From Nostoc sp. (GTDB lineage: Bacteria > Cyanobacteriota > Cyanobacteriia > Cyanobacteriales > Nostocaceae), in NCBI GenBank assembly GCA_036918135.1, contig JBALDB010000031.1, positions 1 through 64,000 on the forward strand: DNA of 64,000 bases, given 5' to 3'. Made by a program: the position numbers and the translations under genes. Below the pieces are notes generated by a model. The model made no database searches, was not told the origin of the DNA, and saw only the letters and a program-made list of their open reading frames with translations. This document shows, piece by piece, positions 1 to 10,810 of this stretch. How positions within the stretch are numbered: the stretch's first letter is position 1; every line of letters begins with the position of its first letter.

Positions 1-137
1 ACTTCATGAATTATTTTCGAGCTTCTCCAGTCAGTTTTCCTCTTGCTAGTTGAATATTTTACTAATTATTCTCTCCCTAAAGTAACAAAAGAGGGTTTAA
101 ATTAGCTTCAGCTAATTATCCCTTCCTTGGCCCCTAT

Positions 138-623
138 TTGGTGAGTTCTCTTGTTCATGCGTATCCTGGTGGACTAGCAGGATTAGCACTTTTACTGCTG
201 AGAGTGAGCGTTGGCGGTTTGTTTTTAATCCACGGCTACCCCAAGGTACTGCATATTCGGCGGTGGGCAGAATCTATTAATACACCTGTCTTTCTTTGCT
301 TTATATCTGCATGGACAATGTTAGGTGGGGGATTATTCTTAATCATTGGATTGCTGACACTTTTAGCAACTTTGCCGATTTTGGCTTCTATGTTGTTTGC
401 AATATTGTTAGATTTAATTCAAGGTAATCCTTTTGTAGCTACAGATCCCTACTTAATTCCCGAAGACCAGTACAAAGGCCCTTTAGGAAAAGGCGAACCG
501 CCTAGTTGGGAAAAAGCGTTTATGTATTGCGTAATGCTGATTGCGTTAGCGCAGCTTACCGAAGGTATCGCAGTTTTAGGCCCTGGTGCTTATTCACTAG
601 ATGCTGGGATTTTTGGACGGTGA
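138..623 (+). CDS. DoxX-family membrane protein (contains a 21-nt in-frame insertion at 546-566)
   Basis: LLLLRVSVGGLFLIHGYPK N-terminus and GPGAYSLD C-terminal motif typical of DoxX; hydrophobic helices. Confidence 0.85.
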   Translation: MVSSLVHAYPGGLAGLALLLLRVSVGGLFLIHGYPKVLHIRRWAESINTPVFLCFISAWTMLGGGLFLIIGLLTLLATLPILASMLFAILLDLIQGNPFVATDPYLIPEDQYKGPLGKGEPPSWEKAFMYCVMLIALAQLTEGIAVLGPGAYSLDAGIFGR

Positions 624-642
624 AGAATTTAGAATTACAAAG

Positions 643-1560
643 ATGGCACATAACCATAGCTACGGACTGCACGAACACGAAACTAGCAACTACAACCGTA
701 GCTTTGCGATTGGTACAGCTCTCAATGTGGGGTTTGTAATTATCGAAGCAGTGTACGGCTATCTAGCTCACTCCCTTGCCCTGTTTGCCGATGCTGGTCA
801 CAATTTGAGTGATGTGTTAGGACTGCTACTTGCTTGGGGAGCGAGTATCCTTGTCCGCCGTCCGCCAACTCAACGCTATACATACGGGTTGCGTCGCTCA
901 TCAATCTTAGCGGTGCTGCTAAATGCGATCGTTCTGCTTTTAGCAATGGGTGGGATTGCTTGGGAAGCACTGCGACGTTTCAATGCCCCTGAGTCTATCG
1001 CCGGAGGTACAGTTATCGGTGTTGCTGTAGTCGGAATTTTTATCAACACCATCACAGCTGTGATGTTTATGTCAGGTAGCAAACAAGACTTAAATATTCG
1101 CGGAGCCTTTTTACACATGGCTGCTGATGCTGGAGTTTCATTAGGAGTAGTATTAGCTGGCATCGCCATTGTGGTTACTGGTTGGCTGTGGTTTGACCCA
1201 GTTATCAGCTTAATTATTGCGATCGTGGTAGTAGTTGGTACTTGGCGGCTACTAAAAGATTCTATAAATTTAGCATTGGATGCCGTTCCAGAGGGAATTG
1301 AGCCACTAGCTGTTCAAACATATTTGGCTGAACGTCCTGGGGTTGTCCAAGTCCACGATCTACATATTTGGGCAATGAGTACGACACACACAGCCTTAAC
1401 TGCTCATTTAGTAATACCTTCTGGTCATCCTGGTGATGATTTTCTAGTCCAGACTTGTCAAGAACTGCACGACCATTTTGGTATTGAACATTCCACTTTG
1501 CAAATAGAAGTTGGTGACTCCAATCGATCTTGCGCTTTAGCTGCCAAGAATAAAGTCTAA
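643..1560 (+). CDS. Cation diffusion facilitator (CzcD/ZitB-like Zn/Co/Cd efflux)
   Basis: His-rich N-terminus MAHNHS, SLALFADAGHNLSD, GAFLHMAAD, VHDLHIW and FGIEHSTLQIE motifs; ATG at 643 preferred over 601. Confidence 0.92.
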   Translation: MAHNHSYGLHEHETSNYNRSFAIGTALNVGFVIIEAVYGYLAHSLALFADAGHNLSDVLGLLLAWGASILVRRPPTQRYTYGLRRSSILAVLLNAIVLLLAMGGIAWEALRRFNAPESIAGGTVIGVAVVGIFINTITAVMFMSGSKQDLNIRGAFLHMAADAGVSLGVVLAGIAIVVTGWLWFDPVISLIIAIVVVVGTWRLLKDSINLALDAVPEGIEPLAVQTYLAERPGVVQVHDLHIWAMSTTHTALTAHLVIPSGHPGDDFLVQTCQELHDHFGIEHSTLQIEVGDSNRSCALAAKNKV

Positions 1561-1667
1561 TTTTGACTTATAGCAAAGTGCTGAGTGGAAAGTCAGGAGT
1601 TGGGTGTTCTTCTCTGCTCCTCTGCTCTCCTGCTGTCTTAATGATAAGTCTTTCATTGAACACAACA

Positions 1668-2714
1668 TTATGCTGGAGGTACTTCCGTTTCAGACTCCTT
1701 AAGTGCGAACTCATCGAGGAGTGTAACAATGATAGCGGCCGCTGGAACTGCAAGTAACACCCCAATAAATCCAAATAACTTACCCATGACGAGAAACGTC
1801 ACAATCACCATCACAGGATGTATATTAACTTGCTGTCCCATTACCAATGGTTGAACAATATGAGCATCTATCTGATTGAGAACTAAAAATAGTATGAGAA
1901 CAAATACTAATTTTATCGGTGAAATACTCAGTGCTACTAATGCTGGTAAAAAAGCACCAACAATCGAACCAAAATAAGGAATAATTTCAAATAAACCCGC
2001 AATAACGCCAAAGGCAAACGCTGATGGAATCCCCAAAATCCACAGTCCAAAGGCAGCTCCTGCACCGAGAAATATCATGGCAATTCCTGTACCAAAAATC
2101 CAACCACGTAGTCTAATCTGGCAAGCTTTAAGGACTCGTGTAAACCGTTGGTGATGTCGGCGAGGTATTAACCGTAAAGTACCACTTACCAAAGATCTAG
2201 GGTCGTAAGCCATATATAGCGCCAGAATCAATGTTGCTACTAACTCTAATGTGAAGTTGAAGGCTTGACCTAAAAAAATTGGTACTCCGCCTAGTAATTG
2301 GTTAATAAAGTTTCGCAATTGTATTAATGATAGGGATATGTCAGGAACAGAGGGAAATTTGCGACGCAGTTGCTCGACATCTCTTGTCAAAATATTAAGA
2401 TAAGCTGGCAATGTAGTTAGTAAATTTTGAGCCTCAGATATAGCGTTAGGTATGACTAAAGTAGTTAGCAATACACCGAAACCAACTATCAATCCAATTA
2501 ATAGCAGAACAGCAACATCCTGCGATTTAACAAGCTTTTGCAAAAACCGCAATAGTGTTCGCAAAACTAAAGCAATTAATGCCGCAATAGCTATTAGTTC
2601 TAATACTGGCAAAAGTTGGTATAAGATATAGAGTACCGCTGCAAGTATTACTGCTAACGGTGCGCCATGAGTTAACCGAGAGTATCCATTGTCTTTATCC
2701 CTAGAATTTGCCAT
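1668..2714 (-). CDS. AI-2E (PerM/UPF0118) family transporter
   Basis: IPYFGSIVG, P..MG..VNIHP and FGFIGVLLAVP motifs; multi-pass membrane protein. Confidence 0.9.
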   Translation of the reverse strand: MANSRDKDNGYSRLTHGAPLAVILAAVLYILYQLLPVLELIAIAALIALVLRTLLRFLQKLVKSQDVAVLLLIGLIVGFGVLLTTLVIPNAISEAQNLLTTLPAYLNILTRDVEQLRRKFPSVPDISLSLIQLRNFINQLLGGVPIFLGQAFNFTLELVATLILALYMAYDPRSLVSGTLRLIPRRHHQRFTRVLKACQIRLRGWIFGTGIAMIFLGAGAAFGLWILGIPSAFAFGVIAGLFEIIPYFGSIVGAFLPALVALSISPIKLVFVLILFLVLNQIDAHIVQPLVMGQQVNIHPVMVIVTFLVMGKLFGFIGVLLAVPAAAIIVTLLDEFALKESETEVPPA

Positions 2715-2859
2715 TTTTGATAATCGCTTATATTAAGTAAGATGATTTTTTTCAAAATAAAATATTTAAAAAATTTATAATAAGAATAATTTGTAATTTA
2801 ATTAAAGATAACAAGTTGATGATTTTTGAGATTTTAATATTCTATTTCACAGACAAATA

Positions 2860-2951
2860 TATAGCAGTTGTCAAGTAGATTAGGAAATTTTGAAAACGTG
2901 AATCTTATAAATAGTAAGGTTTTTACCTCCTGCCTTCTATTTTCTGCTATA
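2860..2951. repeat. MITE-like element with TATAGCAG...CTGCTATA inverted ends
   Basis: 8-bp inverted termini; same ends recur at 13399-13818 and 21347-21450. Confidence 0.5.
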
Positions 2952-3183
2952 GTTTGTTAAAAACCTAGAATAAATAATTTAGCTGAAATTATTATTGATA
3001 TTATTGAATCCGAAAATAGTATTAATAAACCTCTGGCTAAAGACTGAAAATTTCAAAAATTGGTCATAGATATTTCTCAAGTCAAGGTAAAAATATAATT
3101 ATTGTCAATACAAATATTTTGATAGCAATGCAAGTATAGCAAGGCTGACTTTACTTATTGATTAGAAAAATTAAATTTTAATC

Positions 3184-3404
3184 AGAGGATGTTTTAAAAG
3201 TTTTAGGCGAATATAATTCGCTACTACACAAACTAAGTCTGCCTCCACAGACTAACACAAACTTAAGGATTTGAAACTCACGGAGGTGGGTTTTGTCTGT
3301 GTAGCCAAGCCAGTACGTTGAGCGGGTTTCCCGACTTGTAGCAACTGGCGTGCGATGTCTAATCGCCAAGGTCGGTATTAATTTAGACTTGACAAACATC
3401 CTTT
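3184..3404. mobile_element. MITE-like repeat element with a nested GC-rich mini-repeat
   Basis: Inverted ends AGAGGATGTTT / AAACATCCTTT (1 mismatch); GC-rich internal hairpins in an AT-rich intergenic region. Confidence 0.55.
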
Positions 3405-3532
3405 TAGAGAATCCATCAATTCAATCTATTGATTTGACACACAAGAATGATTGTTAATATTGCTTCGCTTATCTAAAGTTAAATTAAGTACTCCCTGCTA
3501 GGTCGAACTGTTAGAAGTAATATAAAACTCAC

Positions 3533-4369
3533 GTGAATATTTTAGAATTTTCTTTACTAGTATCACTTAGCTCCTTAACCGCAGGTTTTCTCGGTTCACT
3601 AACTGGGTTAGGGGGTGGAGTAGTAATTGTGCCAATGTTAACTTTGGCGTTTGGGGTTGATATTCGATATGCTGTTGGTGCTTCGCTGGTATCTGTGATT
3701 GCCACTTCTAGCGGGGCTGCATCTGCCTATGTTAAGGAAGGTTTCACTAATCTGCGGTTAGGGATGTTCTTGGAAATAGCGACGACAGCAGGGGCATTAG
3801 TCGGGGCAATTGTGGCAGGGATGGTTTCTAGTAGAGCGATCGCGATCGTCCTTGGTATCGTTCTAATTTATAGTGCTTACCTGTCGCGTCAACCTCGTGT
3901 TGAACACGTTGATAACGAACCACCAGATCCTTTAGCAACTTCTCTTAAACTCAACGGTAGTTATCCAACTCAAACAGGACTGCAACCTTACAATGTCCGT
4001 GCAGTACCAGTTGGATTTGGATTGATGTTTATTGCTGGGATACTTTCAGGATTACTCGGCATTGGCTCAGGAGCTGTGAAAGTACTGGCAATGGATCAAG
4101 CGATGCATATTCCATTTAAGGTTTCTACCACCACGAGCAATTTTATGATTGGCGTAACGGCAGCAGCTAGTGCTGGAGTGTACTTAAAGCGGGGTTACAT
4201 CGATCCAGGATTGGCAATGCCAGTCATGTTAGGTGTACTACTTGGTGCTTTGTTGGGCGCAAGAGTACTAGTAAGAGCAAGGATTGAGCTATTGCGAAAT
4301 ATCTTCAGCCTCGTTATTCTGGGGCTGGCAATTGAAATGATCTACAAAGGTTTAGCGGGAGGGATTTAG
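3533..4369 (+). CDS. TSUP (TauE/SafE) family transporter
   Basis: GSLTGLGGGVVIVP and SGLLGIGSG repeats; STTTSNFMIG motif. Confidence 0.92.
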   Translation: MNILEFSLLVSLSSLTAGFLGSLTGLGGGVVIVPMLTLAFGVDIRYAVGASLVSVIATSSGAASAYVKEGFTNLRLGMFLEIATTAGALVGAIVAGMVSSRAIAIVLGIVLIYSAYLSRQPRVEHVDNEPPDPLATSLKLNGSYPTQTGLQPYNVRAVPVGFGLMFIAGILSGLLGIGSGAVKVLAMDQAMHIPFKVSTTTSNFMIGVTAAASAGVYLKRGYIDPGLAMPVMLGVLLGALLGARVLVRARIELLRNIFSLVILGLAIEMIYKGLAGGI

Positions 4370-4370
4370 A

Positions 4371-4760
4371 ATGTCTCAACCCAGACGCAGATGGAGCGAA
4401 CACCAAGTTGAACAGTTCATTGGCAACCTGTTAAGATTTGGAGTACTTTTTGCTACTAGTGTGGTTGTAGTCGGTGGAGTTTTGTATTTAATTCACTATG
4501 GTACTAGTCCTGCCAATTACCAGTTTTTTCGGGGAGAACCCGCAGATTTTAACTCTCTAAAAGGAGTAGGAACAGCAGTTTTGTCAGGTCGTCGTCGTGG
4601 GATTATTCAATTTGGATTACTGCTATTAATTGCCACACCAATTGCACGAGTTATATTTTCCTTATTTGCCTTTGTACGACAAAGAGATTTGACTTATATA
4701 ATTGTGACTTTAATTGTACTAATTGAGTTAATTTATAGCCTTGTGTGGGAAAATTCGTAA
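4371..4760 (+). CDS. DUF1634-like small membrane protein, usual partner of TSUP
   Basis: LLRFGV and GLLLLIATPIARV motifs; starts 1 bp after the TSUP stop. Confidence 0.85.
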   Translation: MSQPRRRWSEHQVEQFIGNLLRFGVLFATSVVVVGGVLYLIHYGTSPANYQFFRGEPADFNSLKGVGTAVLSGRRRGIIQFGLLLLIATPIARVIFSLFAFVRQRDLTYIIVTLIVLIELIYSLVWENS

Positions 4761-4962
4761 AAAAAGATAATATTGTTCTTTTTTTAACTGGTATTATATC
4801 TGAAATTACTAATAGAGAAATTTCTACATTTACTACTCCACAATCTGCATAGATTGTCAACTATTTTTACTGAACTAGCGTTCTAGCAGTTAAAGTCAGT
4901 TTCAGATTGAGAAATTGATGCCGCTAATGAGTTTCTTGCTTCAGTAGCGATAATTATATTCA

Positions 4963-5925
4963 TCATTCTGCAATTAGCAAAATTGCATGTCCATCAGGAT
5001 CTTTAACTAAACTACCTTGCTTGTAAGGACATGAACTATCAGTAAACTGCACAAGTGGTGATATGAATTGAACTCCATCGTGCTGTAGCTTATCTACTAA
5101 CTGCTCAAGATTATTTACAACTAGCTGAATTTGCATATGTGGAATATCGCAACTTTGCCAATCACTCGGTATAGGACGGCCTTTCCCAGGTACAAGATAA
5201 TCGAGCAGTTCAATTCCTACACCGCCTTGAACTGGTCGCAGTGCTGTAATTCTTACTTCGGCTCCTGGCAAATTATCCATACGAGCCTGGGTTGCACGCC
5301 AGTTGAGACTGCGGCTATCGATTTGCATTCCCAGGAGGTCGCGGTAAAAGTGTAGACTCTGTTCAGTGTTGGAAATAGCGATCGCACTATGATCGATTCC
5401 TAAAAATAAGCGATTCGTGTTCTGATGCCATTTATCTTGTCCTTTATCAGGTGGAAACCAAATTAGCTCTAAATCATGTCCATCAGGGTCTTTAAACTTG
5501 AAAGCGCGGACACCAGCAGATGCTTCATTTCCAGGTGGTATTGTTTGCGGTGCAGTAGATATGGGTTGAATAGGAAATGAACACAGATGAGCATAAGCGC
5601 GATCCATATCACTTACCACAATCGCCAGATGTTGAAACCATAAGTCATTACTTTGGGAATCGCTCGGAATAGGTTTTCCTTCTGCATTGAGATACTCCAT
5701 TAATTCGATGAGTTCATCACCTAGCCGTAAAGTAACAATGCGAATTTTCGCCCCAGGTACGCCTTCTAAATTGCTGTAGTCTTCTCCTGTAACTGTGATA
5801 TCACAAACGAGTTCAAAACCAAGAGCTTTTGTATAGAAATCCAAAGAGCGATCGCAATTTTTCACCGTTAAGCCAATAGCTCTAATTCTTTGTACCTGTA
5901 CATCAGTTTCACTCAGCATATTCAA
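4963..5925 (-). CDS. VOC/glyoxalase-family protein with two VOC domains
   Basis: RSLDFYTKALGF, QHLAIVVSD, FKDPDGHDLELI, DHSAIAIS..SLHFYRDLLG, KDPDGHAILL. Confidence 0.88.
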   Translation of the reverse strand: MNMLSETDVQVQRIRAIGLTVKNCDRSLDFYTKALGFELVCDITVTGEDYSNLEGVPGAKIRIVTLRLGDELIELMEYLNAEGKPIPSDSQSNDLWFQHLAIVVSDMDRAYAHLCSFPIQPISTAPQTIPPGNEASAGVRAFKFKDPDGHDLELIWFPPDKGQDKWHQNTNRLFLGIDHSAIAISNTEQSLHFYRDLLGMQIDSRSLNWRATQARMDNLPGAEVRITALRPVQGGVGIELLDYLVPGKGRPIPSDWQSCDIPHMQIQLVVNNLEQLVDKLQHDGVQFISPLVQFTDSSCPYKQGSLVKDPDGHAILLIAE

Positions 5926-6004
5926 TAGCCTCTATCAATATCTTCGCCAATTTATGAGGGTGAGTTAGCTGAGGTTGTGTTTGTGTAGCATTTTGATTCC
6001 TCTG

Positions 6005-6361
6005 TTATTGATCGTTAAGTTTAGCAGCGCCGAAAGTAGCGTTGAACGGATAACACCAAATAGCAACAGACTGATAAGAAGCTAAATCTAGCCAGGATGG
6101 GATGGAGTAACGCTGCTTTCCAGTAAAGCTTTGTAAGCGATCGAGCAAAAAAAGCTCTTGCTCTTTGAGCGGAAAATCTGGGGGAGTGGTAGAACCAATA
6201 ACATCTTCAAGGCGATGAAGAACCACTCGTAAGTCAGGGCCTAGATCGGAAGTTTTAAAGTCTGGCTGCAACTCAACGAATCGTTGCTCGGACTCTACTA
6301 CAATCTGAACTGTTCCTTCGGTAGGATGTTCGCCAGAAACAAAAGTGCCAGATAAGTTCAT
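6005..6361 (-). CDS. DM13 domain protein
   Basis: SGTFVSGEHPTEG, GPDLRVVL, GKQRYSIP, YQSVAIWC..FNATFG; GGAG precedes the ATG at 6361. Confidence 0.85.
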   Translation of the reverse strand: MNLSGTFVSGEHPTEGTVQIVVESEQRFVELQPDFKTSDLGPDLRVVLHRLEDVIGSTTPPDFPLKEQELFLLDRLQSFTGKQRYSIPSWLDLASYQSVAIWCYPFNATFGAAKLNDQ

Positions 6362-7113
6362 AGTTAAAAATTCTCCAGTTATCTCATAGTACTTAAACTC
6401 AACGTCTTTGGGGTCGTCAGTAGACCTTTTTACCAATTTCCCACAACTAAAACTCGTTGCTTTGCGTAAGTCCTGGAAGTTTTATGGTAAGTCCTTGTGT
6501 GGCTATTGAGAGGCAAAGCGGGCATCGCTTTCTTCTTAAGATATCCAGATGCTCTGAATAATTTACTTAGTAAAAACAAAATTTATTCTTGAACTTAATT
6601 TATAGAAAATTCCAGAAATAATAGAATTAAAACACTATCTTAAGATAAATTGATAATAAAAATTAATTATTTATTTGTGTTACCTAAATTAACTTTGTTC
6701 CTAATAATTAGTCAATTTAAAATTATCATGAATTCTGTTTTTTCTTTGATGAACAAGTGTTGCTGGCTTACTATTTAAGGATTTCCTACAATTATGAAAA
6801 TTAGATGAAATTTTTCTAGACTTTGGGATAGAAGTATTTATTCTTCCAGTAGTTGGAGGCGATCGCTACTGCAAACTTCTAAAGTAATGCCAGAATCAAA
6901 GCAATAGGTGTCAACTCCAATTCGCAATTCGCAATTAAGACGGGTTATGGGGGCTTGAAACCCGCCACTAATTGTTTTGCACCAAATCGAAGAGCATTTG
7001 GTGGGGGCTTGTACCCCGTAATTAACCAATTAATCAATTAATAATTCGCAATTCCCTTTGGTCAAAAATTAAATACATACCTATGTAATTTTTAGTACAA
7101 ATTTAGCAAGAAT

Positions 7114-7314
7114 TTGAATAAATCAGCTTGGGATACCCCGCAAGCCGAAGCGAAGTTACTACAGTTGATTCTGGCAAAACGAGTCGGTGATGTAGAAGAC
7201 ATTGCCAAAGCCGCAGTTTGGTTAGCTTCTGATGATTCTGATTATGCCAACGGTACAACTTTGTTTGTAGATGGTGGCATGACTTTGTATCCAGGTTTTA
7301 CAGAGAATGGTTAA
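7114..7314 (+). pseudogene. 3' remnant of a short-chain dehydrogenase (glucose 1-dehydrogenase-like)
   Basis: Only the C-terminus RVGDVEDIAKAAVWLASDDSDY.NGTTLFVDGGMTLYPGF is present; no Rossmann N-terminus upstream. Confidence 0.85.
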
Positions 7315-7318
7315 AAAA

Positions 7319-7398
7319 GGGACTGGGGATTGGGGACTGGGGAAGAAAAATACAGTTTACCAATTACCAATTACCTCCTGCCTTCTGCCTTCTGCCTC
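7319..7398. repeat. STRR-type heptamer tandem repeats (GGGGA(C/T)T, TTACCAA, CTGCCTT)
   Basis: Directly visible 7-bp tandem units. Confidence 0.8.
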
Positions 7399-7400
7399 TT

Positions 7401-8406
7401 ATGCCCACACAAGTTACTGTCAACCCCGGTTTAATCACAATTAATGATGGTTCCTCATTTCTTGTCACAGCTAGTGATGGTTCCATCGACGATAATCAAG
7501 CGCAAGGTTTCTTTGTGCGTGACACACGCCTTATTTCTTACTATGAAATTTCTCTCAATCGTTACCGACTGGTGCTGCTAGCTTCTAGCAATCTCAATCA
7601 TCATACTGCCCTTTATCAATTCACCAATCCGTCAATCCCCACGGTTAACGGCAACTTACCCTCTGGTAGTTTCCTCGTAACCATCCGACGCGACATTATG
7701 GGAGGAATGCACGAATCTCTGGATTGTTACCCTGGCTGAGACTTATAGCTGGAATGCCGATTTAGGTATGCTGAATGAATGTCGATCGCCATTAGAAAAA
7801 GCACTAACTTGGATTGATAAGTACGGCGATTTTGATAATGATGGGTTTGTCGAATATGTCACTCATTCTACTCATGGATTACACAATCAAGGCTGGAAAG
7901 ATTCGGGAGAATCAATGGTTTATCCAAATGGCAAGTTAGTTGAACCGCCTATTGCTTTGTGTGAGGTACAAGGTTACGTATACGATGCTTGGCTAAAAGC
8001 AGCTTTAATTTATGAACTGTGGGGAGAACAAGCGCAAGCGAACAAGTTACGTCAAAAAGCAGAAGAACTGTACCAACACTTTAACGATCGCTTTTGGATG
8101 GAAGAGGAAGGCTTTTACTGTCTTGGCTTGGATAACAACAAACAACAAATTAAGTCTATCGCCTCAAATCCCGGTCAATTGCTTTGGTCTGGTATTGTAC
8201 CTCAAGAAAGGGCGAAAAAAGTTGCAGCGCGACTCTTTCAAGCAGATATGTGGTGCAGTTGGGGTGTACAGACTCTTTCATCTCAAAATCAAGGGTATAA
8301 CCCAATTAGTTATCAAAGAGGTAGTGTTTGGCCTCACGATAACTCCATTATTGCTGCTGGGTTGAAACGATATGGCTATCACAAAGAAGCCAATCACATT
8401 AACTAA
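7401..8406 (+). pseudogene. Amylo-alpha-1,6-glucosidase (glycogen debranching family) with internal deletion/frameshift near 7716 and 3' truncation
   Basis: N-terminal part (GFFVRDTRLIS) jumps to the catalytic region in another frame (LWIVTLAETY..GD.DNDGFVEY..NQGWKDS..YQRGSVWPHDN) and stops at AATTACG repeats. Confidence 0.85.
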
Positions 8407-8434
8407 ATTTAATTACGAATTATGAATTAGCATC

Positions 8435-8815
8435 ATGGCAACTGATTCATTTAAGAAAACAATATTTGCGGCGATGGGTGCTAATTTAGCGATCGCAATC
8501 ACTAAATTTATCGCTGCTTTCATTACCAACAGTTCAGCGATGATATCTGAGGGTATTCATTCACTGGTAGATACTACCGACCAACTTTTACTGCTGCTAG
8601 GACTTCGCATGAGTCAAAAACCAGCAGATGATAGCCATCCTTTTGGTTATGGACAAGAACTTTATTTCTGGACTTTAATTGTTGCTATCCTTATTTTTTC
8701 TATTGGTGACAGGATGTCTATTTATGAAGGAATTTCTCATTTAATTAACCCTACTCCATTAGAAGACCCAAAGTGGAATTATATTGTGCTGGGTGTAGGA
8801 CTGCCAAAGATGTAG
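8435..8815 (+). pseudogene. 5' fragment of a CDF-family transporter
   Basis: SSAMISEGIHSLVD and HPFGYGQELYFW motifs; reading frame ends after about 120 aa. Confidence 0.85.
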
Positions 8816-9352
8816 CATCTCGTCAAGAGGCTGTTGAAGATGTTAAGTCATCTGAATATGAGTTCACACTCGATCAACCTGATGCTCCAAACACTGAACC
8901 ACATTCGCATTTGAACAAAAGTGAGTAACCTATTGCACTATGGCATTTATTTTGAGGTGTAAATGGCCATAAGGGTCATCTGTCTGGAACAGTAGGTGAT
9001 GCGCCAGCTGTACTGATGATGGTGCAGTTTGAAGAAACTCCAAGTATGGAATAGCTTTAGTGCTTGAGTTGAAAAAGTTAAAAACCAGAATTATGACAAA
9101 AGTTTTAACCCAAGTCGAACCGCTAATATCAGTCCTAGATGCTTCCAAGGCATTTGATCGACAGCAATCAGGCTGAGTTAAGGTAGAATTAGTAACAGGA
9201 GCAGCCTTTGCCAATGTTTAGAGTTTTTGTCAAGCTAGAGTTATGAATTGAAAGTTTTATATCAGTAAGTTACTCAACTTGCTGATAATTTTTGCTTTTG
9301 ATTATTTTGCTTTTAATTATTAGGAGGGTTTCCTGTACGATTTAAGTTTATT

Positions 9353-10669
9353 ATGGAAGAATCCTTGTCTATTACCATTTTAATCAGCGTAACAGTTGTA
9401 GCTGGTATTGCTGCTCAAGTTTTAGCTGGTTTTTTTCAAATTCCTAGCATTGTCTTGCTACTTTTGTTTGGGATTATTCTGGGACGAGATGGTTTTGATT
9501 TTTTAGAGCCATCTTTATTAGGGGTTGGTTTAGAAGTTGTGGTTTCGCTCTCAGTAGCACTGATTTTATTCGAGGGTGGTTTAAATCTCCAACTAAGAGA
9601 ATTAAAAGAAGTTTCTCATAGTATTCGTAATCTTGTGACTGTGGGAGTGCTAATTACCTTTGTGGGTGCAGCAATTCCAGCACATTGGTTAAGTGAATTT
9701 CCCTGGCCAATTGCTTTTCTTTATGCCTCTTTGGTAGTTGTCACCGGCCCGACAGTCATTAATCCGCTCCTTAAACAAATTGGTGTAGATAAACAATTAT
9801 CAACTCTTTTAGAAGGAGAAGGAGTTTTTATCGATCCTATTGGAGCGATTCTAGCAGTAATAGTGCTTCGCTTTGTCTTAAGTGGAAATGTCGAGCCACT
9901 GATTTTTATTAAAGGTTTGGTTTTACGTTCGAGTATTGGCACAGCTATCGGTATAAGCGGAGGTTGGTTGCTGTGTCAACTTCTCAAACAGGATCGATTC
10001 CTATCGCAAGAGCTAAAAAATTTAGTTGTTTTAGCTAGTGTCTGGGGTCTATTTAGTTTGGCACAGATGGTACGTGGTGAATCTGGTTTAGTGGTTGCTG
10101 TAGTTATGGGGATAGTTTTAAGAGCTTATAACTTGCCTTCAGAAGCTTTACTGCGGTGGTTTAACGAACAGTTAAGTATCTTAGCTAATTCAGTTTTGTT
10201 CGTTCTTTTAGCAGCAGACTTATCAATTACAAGTGTATTTGCTTTAGGTTGGGGTAGTGTTCTGACAGTTTTAGTATTGATGTTAATAGTACGTCCCATT
10301 AACATTTTAATCTCTACCTGGAATCAAGGTTTTAATTGGCAGCAGCAGTTATTTTTATCTTGGGTTGCCCCTCGTGGAATTGTAGCTGCTTCTTTAGCTT
10401 CTTTGTTTTCAGTTTCACTTAGTAAAGAAGGTATCAATGGTGGTGATTCGATTAAAGCCTTAGTATTTTTAACAATAATGATGACAGTTTTTATCCAAGG
10501 ATTAACAGCTCCTTGGGTTGCTAGCTTGCTCAATTTGCGTTTAATAGATTCAACCGAACAAACGCAACTAACTAATGATGATGTCAAGAAATCAGAAAAT
10601 GGAGAAATAGTTAACTCTATTTCTGAAGTAATTGAGTCACGCAGCCAAATTCAGGAGTCAGAATTCTGA
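9353..10669 (+). CDS. CPA1/NhaP-type Na+(K+)/H+ antiporter
   Basis: ILFEGGL, VVTGPTVINPLL, LEGEGVFIDPIG, WVAPRGIVAAS motifs. Confidence 0.9.
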   Translation: MEESLSITILISVTVVAGIAAQVLAGFFQIPSIVLLLLFGIILGRDGFDFLEPSLLGVGLEVVVSLSVALILFEGGLNLQLRELKEVSHSIRNLVTVGVLITFVGAAIPAHWLSEFPWPIAFLYASLVVVTGPTVINPLLKQIGVDKQLSTLLEGEGVFIDPIGAILAVIVLRFVLSGNVEPLIFIKGLVLRSSIGTAIGISGGWLLCQLLKQDRFLSQELKNLVVLASVWGLFSLAQMVRGESGLVVAVVMGIVLRAYNLPSEALLRWFNEQLSILANSVLFVLLAADLSITSVFALGWGSVLTVLVLMLIVRPINILISTWNQGFNWQQQLFLSWVAPRGIVAASLASLFSVSLSKEGINGGDSIKALVFLTIMMTVFIQGLTAPWVASLLNLRLIDSTEQTQLTNDDVKKSENGEIVNSISEVIESRSQIQESEF

Positions 10670-10810
10670 ATTTAAAATGAAAATAGGCTCTCTACGTAGT
10701 TTTGATTTTCTACCTAGATGTTATACTTCACGCTTTTGAAAATCTCCTATAATTTTAATTATTGATGAATTGCCAAAATTCTTAACATTCTTTTCTAATT
10801 TAGTTTAGTC

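Noticed and set aside
3178..3399. 73-aa ORF, and similarly 6838-7029 and 24504-24764
   Set aside because: These lie within MITE/SDR/STRR repeat sequence and have no protein motifs
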